Assembly (NCBI GenBank): GCA_964454005.1
Contig: CAYVQE010000005.1
Location: 4,404-68,403, forward strand
DNA: 64,000 nt
Direction of reading: 5' to 3'
DNA from: an uncultured Myxococcales bacterium
GTDB taxonomy: Bacteria > Myxococcota > B64-G9
The position numbers and the translations under genes are program-made. Positions 55,672-64,000 of the stretch are shown here, in pieces (position 1 is the stretch's first letter; each line of letters begins with the position of its first letter). The notes under the pieces are model-generated. The model saw only the letters and a list, made by a program, of their open reading frames with translations, was not told where the DNA came from and did no database searches.

Positions 55672-56328
55672 ATGTCGACAGCCATCTTGGGAAAGAAGCT
55701 CGGGATGACCCGGATCTTCGACGAGACCGGCAACCAGATCCCCGTCACCGTCGTCCAGGCCGGGCCGTGCCCGGTGGTGCAGAAGCGCACCCCGGCCAAG
55801 CACAAGTACAGCGCCATTCAGATCGGCTTCGAGACCGTGCCCGGCCGCAAGCTCAACAAGCCCGGCCGGGGCGTGTTCGAGAAGGCCGACATGAAGCCCC
55901 TGCGCCACCTGCGCGAGGTGCGCATGAGCCCCGAAGATGTCGATGGCTACAAGGTGGGCGACAGCATCGACGTGTCGGTCTTCGCCGCCGGCGATCGGGT
56001 CGACGTCATCGGCACATCCAAGGGCCGCGGCTTCCAGGGCGTGGTCAAGCGCTTCGGCTTCGGCGGCAACACCAAGACCCGCGGCACCCACGAGCACCGC
56101 CGGCATCCGGGCTCCATCGGCAACTGCGAGTTCCCCGGCCGGGTGTTCAGGGGCCGCCGGCTGCCGGGGCAGATGGGCGACAAGCGGGTGACCACCCAGA
56201 ACCTGACCGTGGTCGACGTCGACGCCGGCGACAACCTGCTGATGCTGCGCGGGGCGGTGCCCGGCGCCCGCGGCGGGTTGGTCATGGTCCGCAAGGCCGT
56301 CAAGCGGCGCGGTCCCGCGCCGAGCTGA
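55672..56328 (+). CDS. rplC: 50S ribosomal protein L3 (isolated from the S10 operon)
   Basis: L3 motifs seen are ILGKKLGMTRIF, GTSKGRGFQGVVKR, HPGSIG and GQMGDKRVTTQNL. A GAGGAG RBS is present. Confidence 0.93.
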   Translation: MSTAILGKKLGMTRIFDETGNQIPVTVVQAGPCPVVQKRTPAKHKYSAIQIGFETVPGRKLNKPGRGVFEKADMKPLRHLREVRMSPEDVDGYKVGDSIDVSVFAAGDRVDVIGTSKGRGFQGVVKRFGFGGNTKTRGTHEHRRHPGSIGNCEFPGRVFRGRRLPGQMGDKRVTTQNLTVVDVDAGDNLLMLRGAVPGARGGLVMVRKAVKRRGPAPS

Positions 56329-56621
56329 GTCGTCTTCTCTCCGCTGCGAACCCGCAGCGCTCCCGCTGGCGCTAGACCGATCGGTCGATTTAGCCCGCGG
56401 CGCTGAGACCGCCAGGCCGCAATTGGTGGGCGTGATCTGCATCACGCCGCCGGCGGGGTCCAGCGGGCACCCGTTGTAGCGAGATGTGGTAGCAAGTGCG
56501 AAGTGTAAGGGATCGTGGAGCAAATTCAAAAAAACCTTGCGTTCCCCTGCGACTCGTACTACACCCTTCGCAATCATGCGGATGCACGATCAATCCCCTG
56601 CGCAGCGGAGAGTCCAAGACC

Positions 56622-57368
56622 ATGCGTAATCGCCGAAGACTACTCGTGTTCGTGGGAGTCTGTTGCCTGTTGCTGGGCAGCGTTCCGAACTCCTTGCTGG
56701 CGGCCGAACCGGCGGTGGCCAAACGCCTCTACGATCTGGGCGGACGTCTGGAGCTGTCGCTGGCCCCGGCCTTCTCCATCTTCGACAAGTACACGCAGCA
56801 CGTCGGAGCCTCGGTGGGGCTGGCCTACTACTTCAACGATTACATCGGGCTCGAGGTCGAGGGGGGCTACGCCTTCCTGTCCGGCGACGTGAGCCTGCTC
56901 GACGAGATCCTCGAGGTGGGCGTGGACAACATCTCGGGCATCGAGCGGCTGCCGCTGACCGACCTGAAGTACACCACCTGGTGGGCCACCGGCGGGCTGG
57001 TATTCAGTCCGCTGTACGGCAAGCTCAACCTGTCGGCCGAACTCGATTTCAACTTCCACTTCTACCTGGTGGCCGGGGCCGGGGTGGCGGGCTACAAGTA
57101 CTCGCAGCTGCGGTGGCCCACCGACACCGAGTTCCGCAAGGTCGAGAAGGACGTGGGCGCCCAGCCCACCTTTTACGTCGGCGGCGGCCTGCGCATGCAC
57201 TTCACCCAGAGTTGGAGCCTGCGCATCGAGATCCGCGATCACTTCTACTACGACGAGTACGAGGCCCAGACCAAGTCGGCCGGCGGCAGCACGCCCGATC
57301 CGAAGAAGATCGAGGACTTCGTACACATCACGCTGATGCGGCTCGGCGTGTGCTACTCCTTCTTCTGA
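56622..57368 (+). CDS. GltA/NfsA-type outer-membrane beta-barrel protein
   Basis: The start MRNRRRLLVFVGVCCLLLG gives a signal peptide. Barrel blocks LVFSPLYGKLNL, FHFYLVAGAGVAGY and WSLRIEIRDHFYY are present, and the protein ends ...VCYSFF. Confidence 0.7.
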   Translation: MRNRRRLLVFVGVCCLLLGSVPNSLLAAEPAVAKRLYDLGGRLELSLAPAFSIFDKYTQHVGASVGLAYYFNDYIGLEVEGGYAFLSGDVSLLDEILEVGVDNISGIERLPLTDLKYTTWWATGGLVFSPLYGKLNLSAELDFNFHFYLVAGAGVAGYKYSQLRWPTDTEFRKVEKDVGAQPTFYVGGGLRMHFTQSWSLRIEIRDHFYYDEYEAQTKSAGGSTPDPKKIEDFVHITLMRLGVCYSFF

Positions 57369-57391
57369 TATCCGAGGCGAGGGAAAAGACC

Positions 57392-58177
57392 ATGAAGGCA
57401 AAAGCCCTGTTCGCGGCCGCTGCGGTGCTCCTGGCAGGCGCCATCGCGCGCGCCGAGAGCCCCAACGAGCGCATCCACGTGCTGCAGAAGCGCGACTACT
57501 CGGTGAAGAACAAGCTCGAGGTCAGCGTGTTCAGCGGCCCCTCGGTCGGTGACGTGTTCACCCAGCAGGTCGGGTTGGGACTGGCGCTGGACTACCACTT
57601 CGACGAAGCCTTCGCCATCGAGCTGTCCTGGCTGACCTGCAAGGTGCCGTTCTACGACGGTGACCAGGCCCAGCCGGGCCAGTACGAAGGCGACGACCTG
57701 CGCTGGGGCGCCTGGTACACCGACGCCTACGACGAGGTCAAGAACGACGCCCAGCTCAGCCCGTCGAACGCCGACCTGGCCATGATCACCAACTACATCG
57801 GTCTGAACGTGCTGTTCAGCCCGCTGTACGGCAAGTGGACGCTGTTCAATCGCGGCCTGGGCCACGTCGACTTCTACCTGACCGCCGGCGGCGGGGTGGC
57901 CGGAACCGAGTTCCGCAACTCGCGCAAGCTGTGGCAGGACACCGGCACCTACTTCGTCGGCAACTTCGGCCTCGGCCTGCGCGTCTATCTGGCCCGCTGG
58001 TTCGCCATCCGGCTCGAGATTCGCGACTACGCCTTCGCCGCTCGGGTCAAGGAGGCCGACCAGACCGGCTCGACCGGCGAGGTCTCGACCAAGATCCGCA
58101 ACAGCCTGTTCGTCACCCTGGGTCTGAGCTTCCTGTTCCTCGGCGAGGAACCGGTCCAGATCTGGAGCCCGTACTGA
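57392..58177 (+). CDS. GltB/NfsB-type outer-membrane beta-barrel protein
   Basis: After the signal peptide MKAKALFAAAAVLLAGAIARA come the blocks VLFSPLYGKWTL, VDFYLTAGGGVAG and WFAIRLEIRDYAF. It is a paralog of the preceding gene. Confidence 0.7.
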   Translation: MKAKALFAAAAVLLAGAIARAESPNERIHVLQKRDYSVKNKLEVSVFSGPSVGDVFTQQVGLGLALDYHFDEAFAIELSWLTCKVPFYDGDQAQPGQYEGDDLRWGAWYTDAYDEVKNDAQLSPSNADLAMITNYIGLNVLFSPLYGKWTLFNRGLGHVDFYLTAGGGVAGTEFRNSRKLWQDTGTYFVGNFGLGLRVYLARWFAIRLEIRDYAFAARVKEADQTGSTGEVSTKIRNSLFVTLGLSFLFLGEEPVQIWSPY

Positions 58178-58215
58178 GGTCCGGGCGCGGACCCCGAGGG
58201 AGGTCGACGATTCCC

Positions 58216-59811
58216 ATGAGAACCTGCACCGCCCTGTTCGTCAGCCTGCTGGTGTCGCTGGGCGCCTTCGCCGTCCAGGCCCAGCCGGCCAGCCCGCTCA
58301 ACGAAGCCGTGGAGGCCTACAACGCCAACGATCTGCCCCGGGCCGCCGAGCTGTTCTACGAGGCCCGGATGACCGATACGGTGGTGGCCAATCGCGCCAA
58401 GGCCGAGTACTACCTGGGCCACAGCCTGTACAAGATGGGCCTGTACCAGTCGGCGTTGGCCTATTACAACGCGGTGTTCGTCCAGGGCCCGGCCCACCCG
58501 TACTACCTCAAGGGGGCCGAGGGTCTGATCAACGTGGCCGCCGAGCTGCGCGACGACACCCTGATCCCGTCGCAGATCAACAAGTTCTATAACCCGCAGG
58601 CCTTCGCCGGCATGGATCCGATGGCCCTGAGCCGGATCAACTTCCACGTCGGCCTGCTGCTCTACCGGCAGGAGAAGTACGACCAGTCGCTGGCCTTCCT
58701 GCAGGCGGTCGAGCAGGAGTCCAGCGTCTTCGCCAAGTCGCTCTTCCTGCAGGCCATCATCCATACCCGGCTGGGAGTGCGCTACGCCCGGGCCGGTGAC
58801 GAGGCCCGCACCCAGGCCGAGTACGACAAGGCGATCGCCCTGTTCGAGCAGATCGTCGGGCTGTCGGAGCGCACCGAGGAGGGTGCCCGGCGGGCCATGC
58901 AGCTCTACGAGGACGTGCACCGGTTGTGGCAGCTGTGCACGCTCAACCTGGCCCGCTCGTACTACGGCAAGGGCGACTTCGCCCGGGCCGTCCAGTATTA
59001 CAGCCGCATCCCGCGTTTCTCGCAGGACTGGGCCGCGGCCTTGTTCGAGATCGGTTGGGCCTTCTACATGCGCCAGGAGTACGGCCGGGCGCTGGGCGCG
59101 CTGCACACCCTGCACTCGCCCCACTTCGAGAACCTGTTCCACCCCGAGTCGTGGATCCTCAAGGCCACCATCTACTACCAGGTGTGCCTGTACGACGAGT
59201 CCATGGCCATGCTGGAGCACTTCCAAGAGAACTACGCCGCGATGATGCCCCTGATCAAGGAGCTGACCGAGGGCCCGCTGCCGAACGAGGCCTTTTCCGC
59301 GCTGCTGCTCAAGGACGAGCTTTCGGCCGACGACCCGCTGGCCGAGCTGCCGGAGTCGATCAAGCAGTACATCCTGAGCAACCCGCGGGTGGAGAACTTC
59401 CGCCACTTCCTGCGCAGCCTCGAGGCCGAGGCGGTGGCCATCCGCGAGCAGGACGAGTGGAAGGGCGAGCGCTTGGCCGAAGAGCTGCTGGGCGTGGTCA
59501 ACGTGCAGCGCAACCTGCTGCAGAAGACGGCCGGCGGCTTCGTCAAGGCCAAGCTGAAGCAGGCCTACCTCAACATCAGCAGCTACGTCAGCCACGCCAA
59601 GATGGTGGAGTTGGAGATCACCACCCGCCGGCGCAAGCTGGTGGCCGCCGGACACTCCGTCAGGGCCGAGCTGCGCGGCAAGCTGGCGCCTCGGCCGCGG
59701 GTGCCCGACGAGACCTACAACTACTGGAAGTTCGTCAAGGAGTACTGGCGGGACGAGCTGGGCTACTACGTCTACACCGTCCGCCGGGCCTGCCCCAAGC
59801 AGGCCCGGTAA
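58216..59811 (+). CDS. TPR/helical-repeat secreted protein (GltC/NfsC-like)
   Basis: The protein has a signal peptide and TPR-like helices (AEYYLGHSLYKMGLYQSALAYY). It is a positional and C-terminal-tail paralog of 44047..45924. Confidence 0.65.
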   Translation: MRTCTALFVSLLVSLGAFAVQAQPASPLNEAVEAYNANDLPRAAELFYEARMTDTVVANRAKAEYYLGHSLYKMGLYQSALAYYNAVFVQGPAHPYYLKGAEGLINVAAELRDDTLIPSQINKFYNPQAFAGMDPMALSRINFHVGLLLYRQEKYDQSLAFLQAVEQESSVFAKSLFLQAIIHTRLGVRYARAGDEARTQAEYDKAIALFEQIVGLSERTEEGARRAMQLYEDVHRLWQLCTLNLARSYYGKGDFARAVQYYSRIPRFSQDWAAALFEIGWAFYMRQEYGRALGALHTLHSPHFENLFHPESWILKATIYYQVCLYDESMAMLEHFQENYAAMMPLIKELTEGPLPNEAFSALLLKDELSADDPLAELPESIKQYILSNPRVENFRHFLRSLEAEAVAIREQDEWKGERLAEELLGVVNVQRNLLQKTAGGFVKAKLKQAYLNISSYVSHAKMVELEITTRRRKLVAAGHSVRAELRGKLAPRPRVPDETYNYWKFVKEYWRDELGYYVYTVRRACPKQAR

Positions 59812-59847
59812 CGAACACCAGTCACCGGGAGCGTGCGGAGGACATCC

Positions 59848-62800
59848 ATGCGCCTGATTTTTTCGATGAGTTGGTTCGTGCTGCTGTTGGCTCTGATCTT
59901 CGGTCTGGACGGCCTGACCTTGCCCGAAGCCCGGGCGGCCGCGGCGGCTGAATCGCAGCTGTTGGCCGGCGACGGGGAGTTGGTGGCCAAGGCCCGGCGC
60001 AAGAAGCGCAAGCGGAAACGGCGCAAGGGCAAGAAAAAAAGTGGTCGCAAGCACGAGTTCTCCGAGGTGCCCGACTTCGGCGACGACAAGAAGAAGGAGA
60101 AAGAGGAGCCGGAGGAGGAGGAGCCCAGCGGACCGGCCAAGATCAAGCTGCCCATGGTGGAGCAGAAGCGGGCCGAGGGGGCCACGCTCGAAGAGAAGCT
60201 GCTGGAGCAGGAGATCAAGCAGCTCAAGGAGATCATCCGCGAGACGCCGGATGGCCCGGCCAAGTGCGATCTCTACTTCCGGCTGGCCGAGCGCTACTAC
60301 GAGAAGGCGCGGGCGATCTACTATGCCGAGATGCAGGCCTACGACAAGAAGATCGAGGCCTGGATGACGGCCCGCGAAACCGACCCGGACGCGACCGAGC
60401 CCAAGCTCGACAACCGCAAGAGCCAGGTCTACACCGACCAGGCCATGGCCATCTACAAGACCATCCTGAAGAAGTGCAAGAACTACCACCGGCGTGACGA
60501 AGTGCTGTTCACCATGGGCTACAACCTGTACGAGAGCGGCGAGAAGTCGGAAGGCGTCAAGATGTACTGGGAGCTGATCAAGAGCTTCCCCGAGAGCCGC
60601 TTCGTGCCGGACGCCTACCTGGCCATGGGCGAGCACTACTTCAACAACAACGACGTCAGCAACGCCAAGAAGGCTTACGACCGGGCGTTGGAGTTCAAGG
60701 ACTCCAAGGTCTACACCTTCGCCCTCTACAAGCTGGGTTGGTGCGACTACAACCTGGGCGAGTACGAGAAGGCGATCGACAAGTTCCAGCAGGTGGTCGA
60801 GCTGGCCCAGCGCGAGGCGCAGAAGGCCGGCGGCGACAAGAACAAGATCCAGCTGCGGCGCGAGGCGCTGCAGGACATGGTGCTGTCCTATGCCCAGATC
60901 GACGCGCTGGACTCGGCCGAGCGCTACTACCTGTCACAGGTAGGCAAGCAGGGCGCGCTGGAGTACCTGACGCGGCTGGCCAAGACCTACGAGAAGCAGG
61001 GCAAGGCCGAGATGACGTTGAAGTCCTTCCGGCGGCTGCTCAACGAGTACCCCAACAATCCGGACTGCCCGTCGTTTCACAACTCGGTCGTGATGGCCTA
61101 CCGCAAGATGAACCAGCGCAACAAGGTCAAACGCGAGATCAACCGCCTGATCGACCAGTACAAGCCCGGCTCGACCTGGGCCGAGGTCAACAAGAGCAAC
61201 AAGACGGCCATCAAGAAGGCCAACGCGCTGGTGGAGGCCTCGCTGCGCGATCTGGTCACCTCCTACCACAAGGAGGCCCAGCAGACCAAGGATTGGGACA
61301 CCTACAACCTGGCCCGCTCGATCTACAAGAAGTACCTCGATACCTTCCCCGACAGCGAGTACGCCTACAAGCTGCGCTGGTACTACTCCGACATCCTGTA
61401 CAAGATGCGCAACTTCTACGTGGCCGCGATCCAGTACTCGACCATGGTCGACAACAAGCCCGAGGGGGTCTACTCCTCCGAGGCGGCCTACAACGCGGTG
61501 CTGTGCTGGGAGAAGTGCCTGCAGCTGCGCGACTCCGAGGGCAAGGATTGCCGCAAGTGGGATCCCAAGTCGCGCAGCGGACGCAAGCTGGAGAAAGAGG
61601 CATCCAAGGAGATCAAGAAGAAGAAGATCGACTTCACCGAGAACGTGACCAAGGAGATGCTGGTCAAAAAGGAGATCCCCTTCTTCGAGCAGAAGTTCCT
61701 GGCCGCGGCCGACGCTTACTCCGAGGTGGCGCCGGATCACGACATGTACATCCCGATCCGTTTCAAGAGCGCTTTCATCTTCTACAAGTACCGCCACTTC
61801 GGTGAGATGGCCAAGCGCTTCGGCGAGATCATCGAGCGCCACCCGCGCAACCAGTACGCGCTCAAGGCGGCCCGGCTGTCGCTGAACACCCTGTACATGA
61901 AGGCCAAGAACAAGGACGCCAGCGAGGCCGAGCGCAACGAGGCCTGGCAGGCCGTCAACCACTGGGCCAAGACCTTCAAAAAGAACGAGGTGCTGGCGCG
62001 CTCCAAGGTGGCCCGCAAGGCCAAGTTCGCCAAGGAAATGCAGAGCCTGATCGAGGAGTCGGGCTACAACCTGGCGCTGGCCTTGCGCGACAAGGATCCG
62101 CTGGCGGCGGCCAAGCGCTTCGACGCCTTCGTCGACAACTACCCCAAGAGCAAGTACGCCCACCGGGCGCAGTACGCGGCCATAGTCATCTACGACGAGG
62201 CTGACCAACTCGACCTGGCCATCCGGGCGGGCAAGCGGCTGCTTGAGGATTACCCGGACTCGGACCGCTACAACCAGACCATCGGCTTTTTGGCCACCTT
62301 CCACGATCGGGTGGCCGATTTCGCCACCTCGGCCCGCTACAACGAGATGTACTTCGAGAAGTGGCTCGAGCAGGAGGGCAAGAAGAAGAAGAAGAAACGG
62401 CGCCGGCGGCGCCGGCGGCGCAAGAAGGCCGAGGAGAAAAAGGACGTCATCTTGATCACCGACAAGGAAGCCTCGGACGCGCTCTACAACGCCGCGCTGC
62501 TGCGCGAGTCGATGGGCCAGTACCCCAAGGCCATCGCGCTCTACTCGCGCTACATCAAGAATTTCCCCGACAACAAGGACACCCACGATCTGTTCTACCG
62601 CATCGGCGAGATCTACGCCCGGCAGGATAACTGGCGCAAGGCGGACATCATCTACGAGGGCTACCTCGACAAGTACGCCGACCGTTCCAATCCGGGGCGC
62701 ATGTTGGCGGTAACCTACAAGCACGCCATGGCGCTGCGCAAGATGAAGAAGGTGGCTGAATCCGACAAGCTGCTGGACAAGATCATCGAACGCTACCACA

Positions 62801-63444
62801 AGCTGGACGAGAAGGCGCGCACGGCCGAAGCCCGACAGGCGGTGGCCCACGCCCGCTTTCTGCAGGTGGACAAGGAGTTCGGCGAGTACATGGCGCTGAA
62901 GCTGGTGCTGCCGCCGCGGACGCTCAAGCGCAACCTGTTCAAGAAGATCGAGTTGCGACCCAAGCTGCAGGAGAAGTACCAGGAGATCGTATCCTACAAG
63001 GATCCCGACTGGTCGATCGCCGCCCTGGTGCGGGTGGCCCAGATCAACCAGGATCTGGCCGACGCAATGCTCGAGGCGCCGGTGCCGGCCGGGCTGACCC
63101 CCGAGCAGGCCGACATCTACATCCAGGAGCTGCAGAAGCAGGCTTTGCCGTTGGAGGAGACGGCCCTGAACTTCTACCGCAAGGCCATCGCGGTCTCGTC
63201 GAACAAGGGCCTGTACAACGAGTGGACGATCAAGGCGCAGGAGCTGCTGCGCAAGTACGAACCCAGCAAGTACCCCGAGCCCTACGTCGCCAGCCAGGTC
63301 TCGACCGAGTTCTTCTACGAAGGCGAGCCGCGGTTCGAGCGGGTCGAGGTGCCGCCGCAGCCCGAGCCGGCCCCGACACCGCCCGCTGCCGGCACGGCCG
63401 GGGGCGAGCCGAAGGCGGCCAGCGCCGCCCGGCCCTCGATGTAG
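59848..63444 (+). CDS. Large TPR scaffold protein (GltD/AgmU/NfsD-like)
   Basis: ATG 59848 lies 6 nt after GGAGG (the listed ORF starts at GTG 59833). The protein has a signal peptide and about 1200 aa of TPR-like repeats. It is a paralog of 40968..44060. Confidence 0.75.
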   Translation: MRLIFSMSWFVLLLALIFGLDGLTLPEARAAAAAESQLLAGDGELVAKARRKKRKRKRRKGKKKSGRKHEFSEVPDFGDDKKKEKEEPEEEEPSGPAKIKLPMVEQKRAEGATLEEKLLEQEIKQLKEIIRETPDGPAKCDLYFRLAERYYEKARAIYYAEMQAYDKKIEAWMTARETDPDATEPKLDNRKSQVYTDQAMAIYKTILKKCKNYHRRDEVLFTMGYNLYESGEKSEGVKMYWELIKSFPESRFVPDAYLAMGEHYFNNNDVSNAKKAYDRALEFKDSKVYTFALYKLGWCDYNLGEYEKAIDKFQQVVELAQREAQKAGGDKNKIQLRREALQDMVLSYAQIDALDSAERYYLSQVGKQGALEYLTRLAKTYEKQGKAEMTLKSFRRLLNEYPNNPDCPSFHNSVVMAYRKMNQRNKVKREINRLIDQYKPGSTWAEVNKSNKTAIKKANALVEASLRDLVTSYHKEAQQTKDWDTYNLARSIYKKYLDTFPDSEYAYKLRWYYSDILYKMRNFYVAAIQYSTMVDNKPEGVYSSEAAYNAVLCWEKCLQLRDSEGKDCRKWDPKSRSGRKLEKEASKEIKKKKIDFTENVTKEMLVKKEIPFFEQKFLAAADAYSEVAPDHDMYIPIRFKSAFIFYKYRHFGEMAKRFGEIIERHPRNQYALKAARLSLNTLYMKAKNKDASEAERNEAWQAVNHWAKTFKKNEVLARSKVARKAKFAKEMQSLIEESGYNLALALRDKDPLAAAKRFDAFVDNYPKSKYAHRAQYAAIVIYDEADQLDLAIRAGKRLLEDYPDSDRYNQTIGFLATFHDRVADFATSARYNEMYFEKWLEQEGKKKKKKRRRRRRRRKKAEEKKDVILITDKEASDALYNAALLRESMGQYPKAIALYSRYIKNFPDNKDTHDLFYRIGEIYARQDNWRKADIIYEGYLDKYADRSNPGRMLAVTYKHAMALRKMKKVAESDKLLDKIIERYHKLDEKARTAEARQAVAHARFLQVDKEFGEYMALKLVLPPRTLKRNLFKKIELRPKLQEKYQEIVSYKDPDWSIAALVRVAQINQDLADAMLEAPVPAGLTPEQADIYIQELQKQALPLEETALNFYRKAIAVSSNKGLYNEWTIKAQELLRKYEPSKYPEPYVASQVSTEFFYEGEPRFERVEVPPQPEPAPTPPAAGTAGGEPKAASAARPSM

Positions 63445-63456
63445 CGGGGGCGCGGC

Positions 63457-64000
63457 ATGAGCCAGCCACGACTGCGAGGGATGCGAACCATGCGTAGCCA
63501 GGTCACCGTATCGCTGTTGCTGGGCACCGCCCTGATTCTCACCGGCTGCCCCGAGAAGAAGGTGGTCAAGCCGACTGAGAAGAAGGTGGTGCGGATCATC
63601 TTCCCTGAAGAGCTGTACAACCGGGGTATCGATGCGCTGGAGCAGGGCAAGCCCGAGCGGGCGCTGGACCTGCTGCAGAAGGCCATCGCCAAGAACGAGA
63701 AGCGGCCCGAGCCGGCCCCGATGGTCGATGCCCACTACAACCTGGGTCTGCTCCAGCTGCGCCGGGGCGATCTCGAGGCCGCCGAGCTGGCCTTCAAGAC
63801 GACCCTGCAGAAGGAGCCCGAGCACCGCGACGCTCTGTTGAACCTGGGGGTGGTCTACAAACGGCAGCAGGAGTACGACCAGGCCATCGAGCACTACCGC
63901 CAGGCGCTGGAGAAGGTGCCGCGCGACCCGGAGATCATGAACAACCTGATCGTGGTCTACCGGCTGGCGAAGAAGTACGAGCAGGCCGAGAAGACCGGTC
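63457..64000 (+). CDS. TPR lipoprotein (GltE/NfsE-like), 3' end off the window
   Basis: The lipobox is LILTGCPEKKVV (compare AAAGCPAKREVV in 39808..40971). TPR units AHYNLGLLQ, LLNLGVVY and MNNLIVVY are present. Alternative ATG starts are at 63481 and 63490. Confidence 0.65.
   Translation, partial: MSQPRLRGMRTMRSQVTVSLLLGTALILTGCPEKKVVKPTEKKVVRIIFPEELYNRGIDALEQGKPERALDLLQKAIAKNEKRPEPAPMVDAHYNLGLLQLRRGDLEAAELAFKTTLQKEPEHRDALLNLGVVYKRQQEYDQAIEHYRQALEKVPRDPEIMNNLIVVYRLAKKYEQAEKTG

Noticed and set aside
58027-63894. Minus-strand ORFs of 869 aa (58027..60636) and 986 aa (60934..63894).
   Set aside because: They are antisense shadows of the GltC-, GltD- and GltE-like genes. Their composition is repetitive Leu/Val/Gly/Asp/Gln typical of reverse-translated TPR genes.

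Overview
This is a 64 kb, gene-dense bacterial chromosome segment that looks roughly 70% GC by eye. The proteins are Arg/Ala-rich. An AgmX/PglI-type TonB-C protein, Glt/Nfs-type gene order, a PEGA-domain Ser/Thr kinase, many TPR lipoproteins and a sigma-54 activator point to a Myxococcota-like (deltaproteobacterial) origin. I recognised no rRNA, tRNA, CRISPR array, transposase or integrase. Layout: (1) 1-840 is a truncated sulfotransferase. (2) 1.0-9.9 kb (+) is a translationally coupled corrinoid methyl-transfer operon: a MetH-activation-like protein, a Zn-ADH, a methyl-H4folate:corrinoid methyltransferase, a corrinoid protein, a non-Pyl MttB-family methyltransferase, DUF1638, a RACo-type activase and a FAD oxidoreductase, ending in an intrinsic terminator. 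(3) 10.2-11.8 kb is a glutamine-synthetase-family gene. (4) 11.8-16.2 kb (-) carries aat, an FmdB zinc ribbon, a Lon-like AAA+ protease and a coupled 287-aa protein. (5) 16.3-23.6 kb (-) carries a PAS/sigma-54 activator, a TPR protein, a TusE/DsrC-like protein, an HdrD/DsrK-like protein, a QmoB-like HdrA-MvhD fusion, a QmoA/HdrA-like protein and an HTH/Cys-rich regulator, all behind a predicted sigma-54 promoter. (6) 23.9-28.9 kb is housekeeping: a SpmA/B-like transporter, a GNAT, an M20 peptidase and enolase. (7) A very GC-rich Glt/Nfs-like envelope-complex cluster on the minus strand (39.5-50.0 kb plus 29.0-31.6 kb) appears split by a 7.9 kb block. That block holds a TonB-dependent receptor, a low-GC ankyrin protein, a lipoprotein and an S8 protease. 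(8) 50.0-55.6 kb has back-to-back sigma-70-like promoters, an unlisted 53-aa basic ORF, a Pro-rich membrane protein, a Ser/Thr kinase, a coiled-coil protein and a lipoprotein. (9) An orphan rplC follows, with its own promoter. (10) 56.6-64.0 kb (+) is a second, Lys-rich and less GC-rich Glt/Nfs-like cluster in A-B-C-D-E order that runs off the window. Many long ORFs in the supplied track are antisense shadows typical of high-GC DNA and were not called. All functional calls rest on motifs read by eye in the translations; no database search was run.
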